Source: Hydrolagus colliei
Taxonomy: Eukaryota
Assembly (NCBI GenBank): GCA_035084275.1
Contig: CM068749.1
Coordinates: 17,670,001-17,734,000 of the forward strand
DNA length: 64,000 bases
Reading direction: 5' to 3'
Positions 51,735 to 62,804 of the stretch are shown here, one piece after another. Made by a program: the position numbers and the translations under genes. The notes under the pieces were generated by a model. It worked only from the letters and a program-made list of their open reading frames with translations, ran no database searches and had not been told where the DNA came from. Position 1 is the stretch's first letter. Every line of letters begins with the position of its first letter.

Positions 51735-52050
51735 TGCAAACCCACCATCCCAGTCCTAATCCTGCTCCACAGACTCTGTCTCCCAACAAATTGACTTCAA
51801 AGTCCTCATTCTCACCTATAAATCGTTTCACGTTATAGCAGCTCTCTATCTCTGTGTTCTTCTCCTACTCCATTCTTGCACTCACTCAATCTGTTTGGCT
51901 AACTCGGGCCTACTATTCACATCTGTCTCATCACATCCTACTACTCCCCTCTCCTTTTTTGATTTCCTAGCCTCCAATCCTATCTTTGTGAAGAATTCTG
52001 AGAGATTATCCAACATAAACGGCATTTATAAACGTAAGTTTTATTGTGAT
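51735..52050 (+). mobile_element. Old L2 3' fragment
   Basis: Peptides PTIPVLILLHRL and QQIDFKVLILTYKSFH match L2 ITPVL..LHWL..RIDFK.L.LTYK. Confidence 0.75.
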
Positions 52051-52090
52051 TTAGTCATTGCAGTTTAGTCATTAGTTCATTTAGTCATTA

Positions 52091-52154
52091 GTTAAGCGGT
52101 CTGAGACGCCGTCTGGCGTGGAGGGCGTTATATAAATCAAAGTTGTTGTTGTTG
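52091..52154 (+). mobile_element. Tail-only L2 insertion
   Basis: GTTAAGCGGTCTGAGACGCCGTCTGGCGTGGAGGGCGTTATATAAATCAAAG(TTG)n. Confidence 0.85.
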
Positions 52155-52397
52155 CACTCTTAAGCGAAATGGAGATGGTGAGGCCAATGGAGATGTAAAG
52201 AAAGCTGACAAATGTAGAGTGAATTTATCAGTGAAAGAATGCATAAGGTTATCAATTAAAATATTAGCCTGGTTGTAAATTCCACAAACAATATTCATAA
52301 ATAGATTGTTGATAAATGGATTGTACTGAACAAAAAAAGGACAATTTGCACACAAAAAGGAAGCAGTACATAACAGCAGAAAATAAAGAGATTTCAA

Positions 52398-52913
52398 GCA
52401 ATTTAATCTTGGTGTTCAATCACAATTAAGAATTAGTTAAGATTGGGTCATGCAGTTTATCACAGTTTGAAATCTTTGCTCATAATACTATGTTTAGTGA
52501 AGTAGATTAATTTACAGAGTAAATTTTAATGCAGTGAGATAATTCTGAGTGGTCACAGGGACTTTTTTCGTGTTTCAATTTTGCTAAGAACATAATATTT
52601 AAGTCATCATAAGTTGTTATGGAGTTCGATATTTAAACTAACTCCATGCATCATTGCTAGGCAATTGTCAGTTATTGGTGGCACAAAAACTGAACAAACT
52701 ACAGTACTGTATATCAAATTGGCATACAGAGATGTAGCAGTACATAACTGCCCAAAATACCATAAAACAGTTTCAAGGTAGTCATTTAATCTTGGGATTC
52801 AGTCAGCAATTAAGAATTAGTTAAACTTAGGTCATACAGTACATCACAATTGTATTTAAAACACTTGTTCATCATACCATGTTGAATGTGTCTATTGTAG
52901 ATTTAATTTGCAG
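52398..52913 (+). repeat. Diverged direct duplication of about 125 bp (52398-52517 and 52783-52913)
   Basis: Shared ATTTAATCTTGG..TTCA.TCA..CAATTAAGAATTAGTTAA...GGTCAT.CAGT..ATCACA...GTAGATT.AATTT.CAG. Confidence 0.85.
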
Positions 52914-53271
52914 GTTATATTATCCACAAGCAGTAAAATAGTCAGCTGTTAAATTCTCTTATCAGAGAAACTACAAAGTAAACTTCAACATTTGAAACTT
53001 CAAAGTAAAATAACTGCAAAAGTGGATGTCTTTGATTATCAAAATGATTATTAAATTAACAAAATAATAGCATGATTTTAATTTATTCCAAATTATCTAG
53101 CACATTCAAACCAGAAGGAAACACCCAAAGTAACAATCTTGGTTTCACAGGCGTTGCACTTTCTCGTTATTTAATCAAGCAGTTAAGTGTACATAAGTGT
53201 GGGATTGAGCTATATAGACACCGAAGTTTTCAGGCATCATTCCTAGTATCTACTGAGTTGATCGATCTTAC

Positions 53272-53328
53272 CTGTGGTTGCAGTTGGGATACTACAATTG
53301 GCCTCAGTATTCCAAGTTGATAATTGGA
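53272..53328 (-). other. Candidate 57-nt internal (5'UTR) exon of the minus-strand gene
   Basis: Acceptor AATAACTTCCTTCCAG| and donor CAG|GTAAGA, both strong; no ATG. Confidence 0.45.
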
Positions 53329-54796
53329 CTGGAAGGAAGTTATTTGAGAGAGTTTGTAGATGACAACCAAACCAAAGTTTTGATAAATTTCTTTATTAAA
53401 TTCAAGCAATTGAAAGCTGAAGACGACGACGTTGAACCTTTAAAGCATATTTGAGTATGTGATTGAGGTGGGCTCATGAAAAGCAATACTCTGTCAACTT
53501 CTAAGGCACCTGGAGATTGAGAGCTAGTACATATCTGGTTGCCTTGACTACTAATGTAGTTAGTGCCAGTGGGTTTTCCTACAGTCCAAATTTTATAAAG
53601 GCATCACACAGAAAAAGTCAGAATTGGAAAAAAAAAGTCTAAAACTAATTGTTACCTTCAGTTACCGACCTTGAAAAATGTTTCTGGAGTCTCCAGCACT
53701 TCATGTCCTCCTCCAGCTATTCAAGGATGCACTTGGCTCATTCAGTTCCATTGCAAAAAAAACAATCTGCATCTTGTAACCGACACAATAAAACCAGTTG
53801 TTTAAAGGAGTGCGGTAATTTGGCACAGAACTCTAAATGTTATGCATGGGAGTTACTTTATACACTCACTAGTACTGTCATAGTGGTGCTTTCATACTGC
53901 TGGTTAGACACGACCCAGGGGCAGACATATCCTCTTCAGGGACTTTTATGAATTGAGAGTCTTGCCTGCATCACCTGTTCACATCACAACCAGAATTGGG
54001 CGCAAACTTTGCACTGTATATAAATGTCTGGTTCCAGATTTCTTTTGAGAGCATAACATGAAACGATGAGACCTAAGACATCACCCAGTGTGCAGATATA
54101 ATCGTTTGTGATTATGTTTCAATTACGACTACGTTGTCCTTTTTTTTTAATATAAAAAAAACCCCATTGACCTGGCTGTTGGGTAAAAGAATATAAAAGA
54201 GTGAACAGGCAGTCCATTTGAACATGAGGTGCTGTAGTTTGCTTAAGAAAAAATCACCAGAAACAAATCATCTGCCTTTACTGGATTCAGAAATTCGAAT
54301 CAGTTGATTTTATCCAGGTGTTAACAGGTCGACAAGAAAATAGCAACCACAACAAAAAAAAACTTTCTAAACCGAATGCTGGCTTATTTAATTTCCCCCC
54401 GACCAAATTATTCGTGGTATAATCCCCCCCCCCCAAAAAAAAAAAAAAAATCCAACTAGAAACGTGTTATGTAATAAAAAGTCCAACAAAATAAATATTC
54501 GTTGATCCCTCTATAAACTCCCTTTTGAAAAGGTGACAGATGTAAGTTTACAGGTGCATTCCCTAAAGGTCATATCCCCCCCCCCCCCCCCCTGAATTTT
54601 CTTTAATAAATAAACAAAGAAAGTGCAAAATACACACATATATATATTTAAAAACACAACACTTACAGGCGTTCAACCACCAACAACCCACACACACACA
54701 CACACAGTTTAGTTACAAAAGAAAGTAGCAGTGGCTGGTGGTGACTTGTTGAATGAATGTGTGAGAAAGAGAGAGAGAGTCAGGGAAAGAGGAGGA

Positions 54797-54882
54797 GAGG
54801 GAAGGGAGGGAGAAGAGAGGGAGGGAAGGGAGGGAGAAGAGAGGGAGGGAAGGGAGGGAGAAGAGAGGGAGGGAGGGAAGGG
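54797..54882. repeat. Polypurine 24-bp tandem repeat (GAGGGAGGGAAGGGAGGGAGAAGA), about 3 copies
   Basis: Visible directly; gives EGREGEER repeats in the ORF track. Confidence 0.9.
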
Positions 54883-55257
54883 AGTGAGTGTGAGACAGAG
54901 AGAGAAATCACATGATAGTTAGTTTAGTGTGTGTGTGTGTGGGGGGGGGGGGGATAAGTGAGTGAAGTGAGTGAGTTGAGAGGCGGTGCTCAGAGGTTCA
55001 CGTTAAACATTTGTTCCCTGCCTCTAAACCGCGAGAGCAAAAAAAAAGTGGAAAGGGGAGGGAGGTGGAGAGAGAGAGAGAGAGAGTGGGGGGGGGGGGG
55101 GGGGAGAAAGTAAGAAAAAAAATACCCAGAGAGAGATTGGCGTAGTGTGAGGGGGAGGGAAAGAGGAAAAAAAAAGGGGGGGATAAATTCTCCCCCTCCC
55201 CCCCCCCCCCCCCCACCTCCTCCCCTCCCCAGCGGCTGAAATAAGGAGATAACTTAC

Positions 55258-55320
55258 TGTCCGGACAGAGTGGAGCCTACTATGGCGAGCTGACACTTCC
55301 GCTGAGTCTAGGGGGAGTCG
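55258..55320 (-). other. Non-coding first exon of an unidentified minus-strand gene
   Basis: GCGGAAGTGTCAGCTCGCCATAGTAGGCTCCACTCTGTCCGGACA|GTAAGT within a CpG-containing promoter. The 5' end is approximate. Confidence 0.6.
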
Positions 55321-55560
55321 GTGGGCACCACCACCACCACCACCGATTAACGATTGGTTTCCCCTCCTCTCGACTTGTTTTCTCACTCAACACACCTCAT
55401 CCTCGGGGTGTCAGTCAGTCAGTCAGTCTGTCTGCTTGCCCGCCGGCAGCCAGGGGAGAGAGGGAGGGTGGGTGGCTGGGGGTGGAGTGGGGGGGGGGGG
55501 GGGGGGAGAGAGAGAGACAAGCGGAGCCCGACTCAGGCGAGGCGGCAAGATGGCGGCCGA
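55270..55560. promoter_or_regulatory. Bidirectional housekeeping-type promoter
   Basis: ETS/GABPA-type CACTTCCGC (55294-302), CCAAT box (GATTGG 55352-57) and YY1 motif CAAGATGGCGGC (55546-57). Divergent splice donors about 310 bp apart; local CpG enrichment. Confidence 0.75.
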
Positions 55561-55570
55561 GGCGCTCCAG
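55550..55570 (+). CDS. First coding exon (MAAEALQ, phase 0) of an unidentified plus-strand gene
   Basis: AAGATGGCGGCCGAGGCGCTCCAG|GTAAGA: strong Kozak context, consensus donor, G-rich intron start. No convincing second exon before 64000. It could be a uORF/UTR exon. Confidence 0.65.
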
Positions 55571-56392
55571 GTAAGAGAGTGGCCCGGGGAGGTGGAGGGG
55601 GGGGGGGGGAGTGAGTGACTGAGGGTGGGAGTCAGTGAGGGTGAGCGGGAACAACTTCCCCTCTCCAGAGCCTGAGGGAGAGAGTGAGCTCTGGCCTGGT
55701 CTCTCCCCCCCCACCCCCCCCATCCCCCCTCTCATGGAGGTAGAGAGAGTTGGATGGGGAGGGGGTTGGTGGTGGGAGGGAAGAGGGCCCGGGGTGGGAG
55801 AAGGAAGGAGTTGGCCATGGGGGTTGCTGGTGGGTGGGTGGGGGCGGGGAGAAAGAGAGAGACCCCGGGAGGGGGGGTAGAGAGTGGGTGGGGGGGGGGG
55901 GGTTATAGGGGTGTGAGGGAGAGCGGGCCTGGCGTCGAAGGTGTTGGGAGCTTTGCCCAGGGGTGAATGGGAGGGGGGGGGGGGGGGTAGAGAGAAAACT
56001 CCTGGCTGGAGTAGGGAGGGGGAGAAAGAGGGAGGGAGGGGGAGTCTGGAGTACAATGTTACATAGTGGGGGGGGGGGGGGGGGCGTGAGGGAGAGTATA
56101 TATATGTGTGCGGGGGGGGGGGGGGGGGGGGTTGTGCAAAGCCAAGGAGCTGTTGTTTATTGAGTTGAGTCTCAAGTTGGGACATTATTTCCTGACATGG
56201 GAGTTTCTCGGTGACTGAAGTCAAACATTTCCACTGGGTTTGTTCAGTTTGACTCAAAAAACACACACAGCAGTCAAACTCTTGTGACTGACTGACTGAC
56301 TGACACAGGAAAGTTGCTTAAGGTGGGAGTGGGACTATTATAGAGAGTGAAACTTTCTCGGGAGTCTGACCTCCCCAGGCAGGCCTAGTGGG

Positions 56393-56398
<6 letters not shown>

Positions 56399-56440
<42 letters not shown>

Positions 56441-56448
56441 TGAGAGAG
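56399..56448. repeat. (TA)n(GA)n compound microsatellite
   Basis: Visible directly. Confidence 0.95.
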
Positions 56449-57654
56449 TTTTTTTGTGTTGGTGTCAGGCGGTTGGGTGGGTGTTGTGTGTGGATGGGGT
56501 GGGGGGGGAGAGAATGAAATAATACTGTTTAATTACTGTATTTCTACTTGGCTTCCTGCCCACCCCGACTCTCACTCGTTGCTTAATATCCTTTCATGGA
56601 GACGGTGAGAGAGAGAGAGAGAGAGAGTTTGCAAAGCCTGATCCTGTTTAGTGAGCACCAATCAGTTCAGTGTTCCAGGTAGCTTGCAGCTAGGAGACAG
56701 CTGCAAATTTTAAGAGCTGGAGTGATTTTTTTTGCTAACTTCATTCCCTTGGACACGATATTGAATTTAATAATGTGGAGCGTGTTTTAGCTTCCTCGTT
56801 TATTTTTTTAATCCCCCCCACCCTCTTCCACCACCAAAAAAAATCGAGAGGTTCAGATTTTAATTGGGGTTCTGGTAGCACAAGTAGTGCAAATGAGACC
56901 TCAGGTTTGTTGTACCCCCACCACTGTAAGATCGATTGGTTTTTAGCATAAGGTTAATTGATATTTGGGGAGAAATTTTCCAGGGCTTTGTCAAGTGGAA
57001 AAGGAGTAGCCCCCAAAACAAAATCGAATGAGTTGATTCTGTTGCTGTACACACCTGTAAGAATCATTACAGTTTGATAATGACGATTGAAGTGTTGCGC
57101 AGTGAAGCAGCTAAATTTATGAATGGAATGACATTTGCATCAAGATATTTTGTGTGATCTATTACGATTGGAACTTGTACTTCACGAAGATACTCGCCAT
57201 TTAGAAAACCTAAATGCTGTGGCATATTGTCTGTAGAATAAACATTCAAGAGTATAATACAGTATGAGTTTTACTTTACAAAAGAACATTCTTGTGGTCA
57301 GTTAACACTATCGGCATTTCTGGTTCTTGTTCCTGAATGCATTCTTCCCTTTTACCTATTATTTGATATTTCCCTTTTTTCAATTGCACTTAATCTATAA
57401 ATGTAATTTTGTTGTTGTAATTTGTCCTCTTACTGTTGCGCTGTTTTTCTCAGTTACTGTCCCTCTTGCTACAAGTTTGCACAAGGTTACCACTTCATTT
57501 GTTTGTGGAAAATCATCACCATACTTAAGAGATGTAGTTTAAACCAGACATGCTTACGCCACGCCACCTATGCATGGAAATTTCTTATGCCTGGAAGTAG
57601 CTTTGAGACATCCTCCCAAAGTGAAAGGTATTTTTGCTATGTGATTGTGTATTA

Positions 57655-57857
57655 CAGTAAAAGCCTGTTTATCCGGCACCCTCAGGACCTGGCCAATGCC
57701 GGTTAAAGAGCGTGCTGGATATTTGGCCGAAAAGAAGAAAAAATAATTAATGCATTTTTACAGATAAATTCCAGTTAATCGAATGCGGACTCTTTTTGAT
57801 GTGCCGGTTATACGGAAGTTACGGTTGACTGGGTGCCGGATAAACGGGGTTTTACTG
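57655..57857. mobile_element. Non-autonomous Tc1/mariner (Tigger/pogo-like) MITE, 203 bp
   Basis: TIRs CAGTAAAAGCCTGTTTATCCGGCACCC and GGGTGCCGGATAAACGGGGTTTTACTG (2 mismatches in 27), flanked by TA on both sides. Confidence 0.92.
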
Positions 57858-58639
57858 TATATAGAGTTGGTGATCTTCACGAGTTCATAGATGGAGATAA
57901 TGTGCTTTGTCATTCATTCTAAAAAGTTTCCTAGGAAGTGGTTAAATATATTTGGATATGGAAATCAATATTTCGATTTTGAGCCTCTAGGGTGAGTGTG
58001 GGAGAAACCTTCCTTCATACAATATCATCTTATGTGTGTTTCTTGTTATAAACAATTTTTGTATATTTGTGAGCTCTCTTCAATCCAATGAATGATCCAC
58101 CCATAGTGACTAAAAGTATAGAAACTTGTTAGCTGTGTTGGAAATCTGCCTGTTCTCTACTTAGAAAGTTCAAGATAACGTTGTTGAGACTAACTTGTTT
58201 ACAGGAAATCATGTGTGAACCCATGTGCAAATACATGTCTTGCCACTCCACTTCATAGTACATTATATGGATACTAAAGACCAGGGCCTCTGCGTTACCT
58301 TGTCCTGATGGAAAGCTGGATGACAAACATAATTCTAATAAGTAGTAAGGCTAAAAGAATAACCAATGTAAGATTATATGACAATAATGCATGCTTAGAA
58401 TTGTTTGTGGTAGGTTCAATAAAAAAAGGCTTTGGATAAATTATATATTTCAGAGGTGTTTAATGCAAGTAAGAAGATTTCAAGTGATGAGTGACCATGC
58501 TGAAAATTATTCAGTGTATTGTAAATCTTATGGTCAGAGCTGTCAAGATGACGGATAACTTGAGAATTAAGGGCACAGTGAAGGATTAGTGTTAGAAAAT
58601 TGAACATTTTCCCATTTTAGATACTCAGTATCTGTATGA

Positions 58640-58960
58640 AGTGCTCAGAGACCAGGACATATAGGATAGAGTAATACTCCATGTACTAGCTACAATAGTG
58701 GGACTTTGAGTTCATTGTCAAGGATGGCACTCCAGTCTAATGGTGAGAGAACATTGATTCATCAGGGTGCATTCATTGGTGAGATGTTAAACCAAGATCC
58801 TGTCAGCCTGTTCAGGTGGGCGTTAAAGATCCCGTAGGACTATTCAAAAAGAGCAGGAGTATCTCCCTTTGATCAACAATCCCTTGGTTTAAAAACAATT
58901 TGCCAGCCGCTTAATGGCTCTTTGTGTGATTTTTCTGTGTGCGATTTAGTTGCTGTTTAT
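58640..58960 (+). mobile_element. Deu-domain (SacSINE/AmnSINE-like) SINE
   Basis: GAGATGTTAAACCAAGATCCTGTCAGCCTGTTCAGGTGGGCGTTAAAGATCCCGTAGGACTATTCAAAAAGAGCAGG, a Deu core. Confidence 0.75.
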
Positions 58961-59084
58961 AGGTTCTCTCTGTGTGTGTGTACATATATATATGCATTTG
59001 CCTTCACCCAACTTTTGAATAGTACGCTCTTCTGCACTATAGTGATATTTCCATTTCTAACACCATTCAACCATTCTGTGACCT

Positions 59085-59300
59085 TTTTGAATGAGAATGC
59101 CAATTTAATACCAAATTAGGGCAGTTCCATGTTGTAAGCCAATACTTACTAGGAACTCGATTGAAACTGTCCAGACACATTTTACAGTATAGTACTTTTA
59201 AAGCAGCAGAGAGAGATTTTCATCCCATATGTCTGGCCTGGATTTAAATCTACATCTGGAGGTGAAACGATCATGTCCTAATCTACTGTTTGATTCTCCT
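59085..59300 (-). mobile_element. LF-SINE-like 5' half
   Basis: TGCCAATTTA...ACTAGGAACTCGATTGAAAC...CTGGATTTAAATC...GGAGGTGAAA is collinear with the reverse complement of the LF-SINE 5' half (from memory). Confidence 0.55.
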
Positions 59301-59827
59301 TCAACTAACTTAAGTAGCTATTTGCTTTTTGATAAAGGATCTAGAGAAATTGATTTTTTTGTAGCATTGACAAAAAATATTGTTTTCCAAAAATAAATTT
59401 CTAAATCTTGAATGTTCCTTCCGAGAACTAGAAGTAGGTGTACAGGGTTTATTTCTAAATATCTTTTCAAGATATGAGCATTGTGCCACTCTTGCAAAAT
59501 GTTGTTCAAGTTTTTATTGCTGAATATTCTGAATTATAAATTCAGTGATACAAAACATGTGTTTATAACATTGTAACCTTGTAGTTGTTATGTCAAAATC
59601 TCAAAGGATTTTTATTTATTGTCCCATTTTATCAGCCAGTTATTAGCTACTGTGCTATATTTGGCTATGACCAAATGTAATCATACAAAGTAAAATAATT
59701 AAAATTGGTGGAAAATCTCAGTATCTCAGTAAAGTCTTTCAGTGTGTTTTATGGTTATTTGGAGGTTACATGGCATGGAACAGAGATGGAAAGTTAGTAT
59801 TTTTCTTTCAGAGATTGATGTATGAAT

Positions 59828-59930
59828 TAATAATAATAATCCTTGCATTTGATATAACACTTTCCACGTCTTCTAGACGTCTGAAAGCGCTTTACAGAAT
59901 ATACTATAAAGTGAATTGACTGTATTTGGG
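59828..59930 (-). mobile_element. SINE 3' tail
   Basis: Near-identical to 46308-46410. Confidence 0.9.
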
Positions 59931-61079
59931 GCAGAATTGTACTTTATTGATGTAAAATGAAGTGGTGAGTCTAATGAGTGTCAGAAGGTTATTAAATGAG
60001 TTAACTGAATGAATGGATCAATTCAAACGTCATAGCTATAAATGCATCTATTTAATTACTGTATACTGATGTAAAATTACTTATGTACTGGTTTAGCAAA
60101 GAGCAAAGGTTCGTGAAATTGTGGCCAGTTAATGTGGTCTAGAATTGAATAGAAACAGGAAATACTTGCTTCTGAAATTTGATATGGTACCATCTTTTTT
60201 TTAGAAAAAATTTCATCCAATCTGAAGATCTGACCTGCCTCAATTATTCAAATTTTAAAAAGGAAAGTGCTCTCTTGAATGTGTAAATCTGCACATTCTC
60301 CATCAATGTGTATCAGGACTCATCGGCAGGCTTTATGCCTGCCGATGAGTCCATCTCTGGTACATGTTCCATGACCTTTTACTATAAAGCCTTCCACATT
60401 TTGGCTGCCATGTTAATATTGAATATTGCATCACATCTGGCCGGTATTGCAAATTATTTTACGAAATATTTATTTTGCTCAGCCCGATTATTCACTTCTC
60501 TATTCTCATGAAGTGTTTGTGTCCTCCCGGTAAAATGGAAGAACTCAAGTCATTTTCAAGAAATTTTAGTGTGTTTCTGAAAATAAGCAGCCTTTGATCC
60601 ATTTGGAACAGATCCTTGTAGATGTATTAAACAGATTTTGAATGTTTCATCACACCTGACTTCAATCATTACACAAATATTTCTTAACCACATTTACATG
60701 TGCACAAGTTAAGTTTCATTTGTTCATACAATAATAGCACTGAAGGTAAATGGAAGCACCTTACTTCCATTGAAGGATCTAAACTATAATTTTCTTGGTT
60801 GCTTCTGTATTTAATGTAACCCTCTCTTTGAAGGCAAGAACAGACATGTTTTTCCGTCTTTTGGCAAGTAAACTGTAAATGTACAACACCGAACATGTAC
60901 CCGCTCATGCTCACACACACACACTCTGATTTAACCTGTGTAAATATATGATAATCTATCAGAATGTATTAATTAGCCTCAATGCCCATGGATTAAGGAG
61001 AGCAAGAGCAGCCGGGCAGTTGCTGTTTGTGAGTCTCTTGCTGTTCCAGCCGTTGTTCCCTGACTTTCACTTTGTGGCT

Positions 61080-61256
61080 TCTGTAGGAAATTGTTGCTTG
61101 CTAATTGGTTGCTGCATTTGCCTGCACAGTCACTACAGTAAATCTTGTGGAGTGATTTGGGACGTCCTCCCGATGTGAAAGGCACTCTATAAACGTAATT
61201 TTGTTGTTGGCCTCCTGTCACGAAAAGTGCAGTATCAAATACAAGGTCTATTATTA
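61080..61256 (+). mobile_element. Old SINE 3' part containing an inserted L2 tail (61157-61209)
   Basis: SINE body, then TTGGGACGTCCTCCCGATGTGAAAGGCACTCTATAAACGTAATTTTGTTGTTG, then CACGAAAAGTGCAGTATCAAATACAAGG. Confidence 0.7.
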
Positions 61257-62804
61257 TACTCCTGATCATTGTCCAGTGACATGTGCTGCAAGGTGTCATG
61301 TTGCACTCTGTCTTGTCTTGCATATGTAGAAAGGTCATTTGCGAAAGTACCATAGGATGACTGGCACCTGTGTAATCATATAACCCAACTCAAGTCTGTG
61401 TCATTTGAAAAGTATAGAAGGAAATGTAAAAATATGAGCTTGCAAGTTCACTTCAATCTATTGAATGCACTGCGTCAGTAAATATCAGTAGTCAGTAAAT
61501 ATCTCAAAAGTTTTACAATGTAAATATGATTTGTCCAAGTGTTCTATTGAATAGACATTCTGCTCATTGCATGTGCTGTATTTGGATTTTGCATGTTGAA
61601 ATGGCCACAACTGCACATACTCTTTCATGTAGTCCCTTGCAATAGTTTGAACTTTATTAGCCGGTTCTTCCCACAACACATAAACGTGCTCAAACACATT
61701 ACAGCAAAAATTGTTGCTGAGTGTTGCTGCCAATTTAGTCCAGTGGAATTACAACAACAAAATTACATTTGTATAGCACCTTTTTGGTTAAATATGTAAC
61801 ACCATTTGCTATCTGCAGTTTTATTTGCAGTGGATTGATTTGAATTTGCTTTCCAAATAAAATGTCAATGAATCTCTTCTCCTTTTCCTTCTATTGTTTC
61901 CATAACACAAGTAGTGTTTGTCTGTAAATTAGTCATTGGACTTTTACAGAATATCCTGGGAAGCTCCTTGAGATGTAATCCTGATACAAAAGGTGCTATA
62001 TCAAATGTAAGTACAGTATTATTACTGTTAATCACACAAAAAGATTAAGTGTAGTAAGGTTGCTCTTTTTCCAGTTTTTTCTTCTGCATCCTCCCGAGAA
62101 GATATTGAGTCTCCAGTACCCGATAGATACAGTCATCTGTGTTGTCTAAATCTAAACAGTGAATGTCAGCAGGTAATTAGAATACAGAGGTATCACAACG
62201 AGGTTGATTAATACTTTTAACTAAGAGGGTCTGTGTATAGGCAGCATTGGTTCACTGGATAGCAATTGGAAGCAGAAAAACAGATTTTCTTTTTCCCGTT
62301 CTCTTAACTGAGAGGCATTGAATTCCTAATCATGTCTGTACTGGCTAACTCAACATAAAACAATTATTGAGCACAGAACCCGTTTATCTACAAGGATTAC
62401 TTTTACACTTGAGCTGAGCTCACCGCCAACTTTTATTAAAAGTTCATTGTGTTTTTGTTTTCCAAAAGTCGATATGTTTTACTCACTCAATAGGACTCTT
62501 ATGGGGAACTCCTCGTAGAAAACTGCCCTTAATTGACCCTACATTTGGCAATCTCACTTTGCTCACAAATGCAAGATCACCACACAGCATATCCTGTGAA
62601 GTGCTTTGAAATCTATCAGCGATACAAGACTCTGTATGAAACTTGCAGAGTACATTGTGGTGAAAGTAAAATTTATTGCAGTACAAAGAAAATACAAGTG
62701 AATATGAAACCAGATGAAGAATAAGAAATTGAACATGGTAATCAGTTTGAGTCAGATATAGGAATTGGAGCTGAAGCAATTCAGGGTTTTCTGTAAAGAA
62801 TAGC

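Noticed and set aside
55415-56266. 283-aa proline-rich ORF and neighbouring Gly/Pro-rich ORFs
   Set aside because: Artefact of G-homopolymer-rich promoter and intron sequence; no domain-like content.
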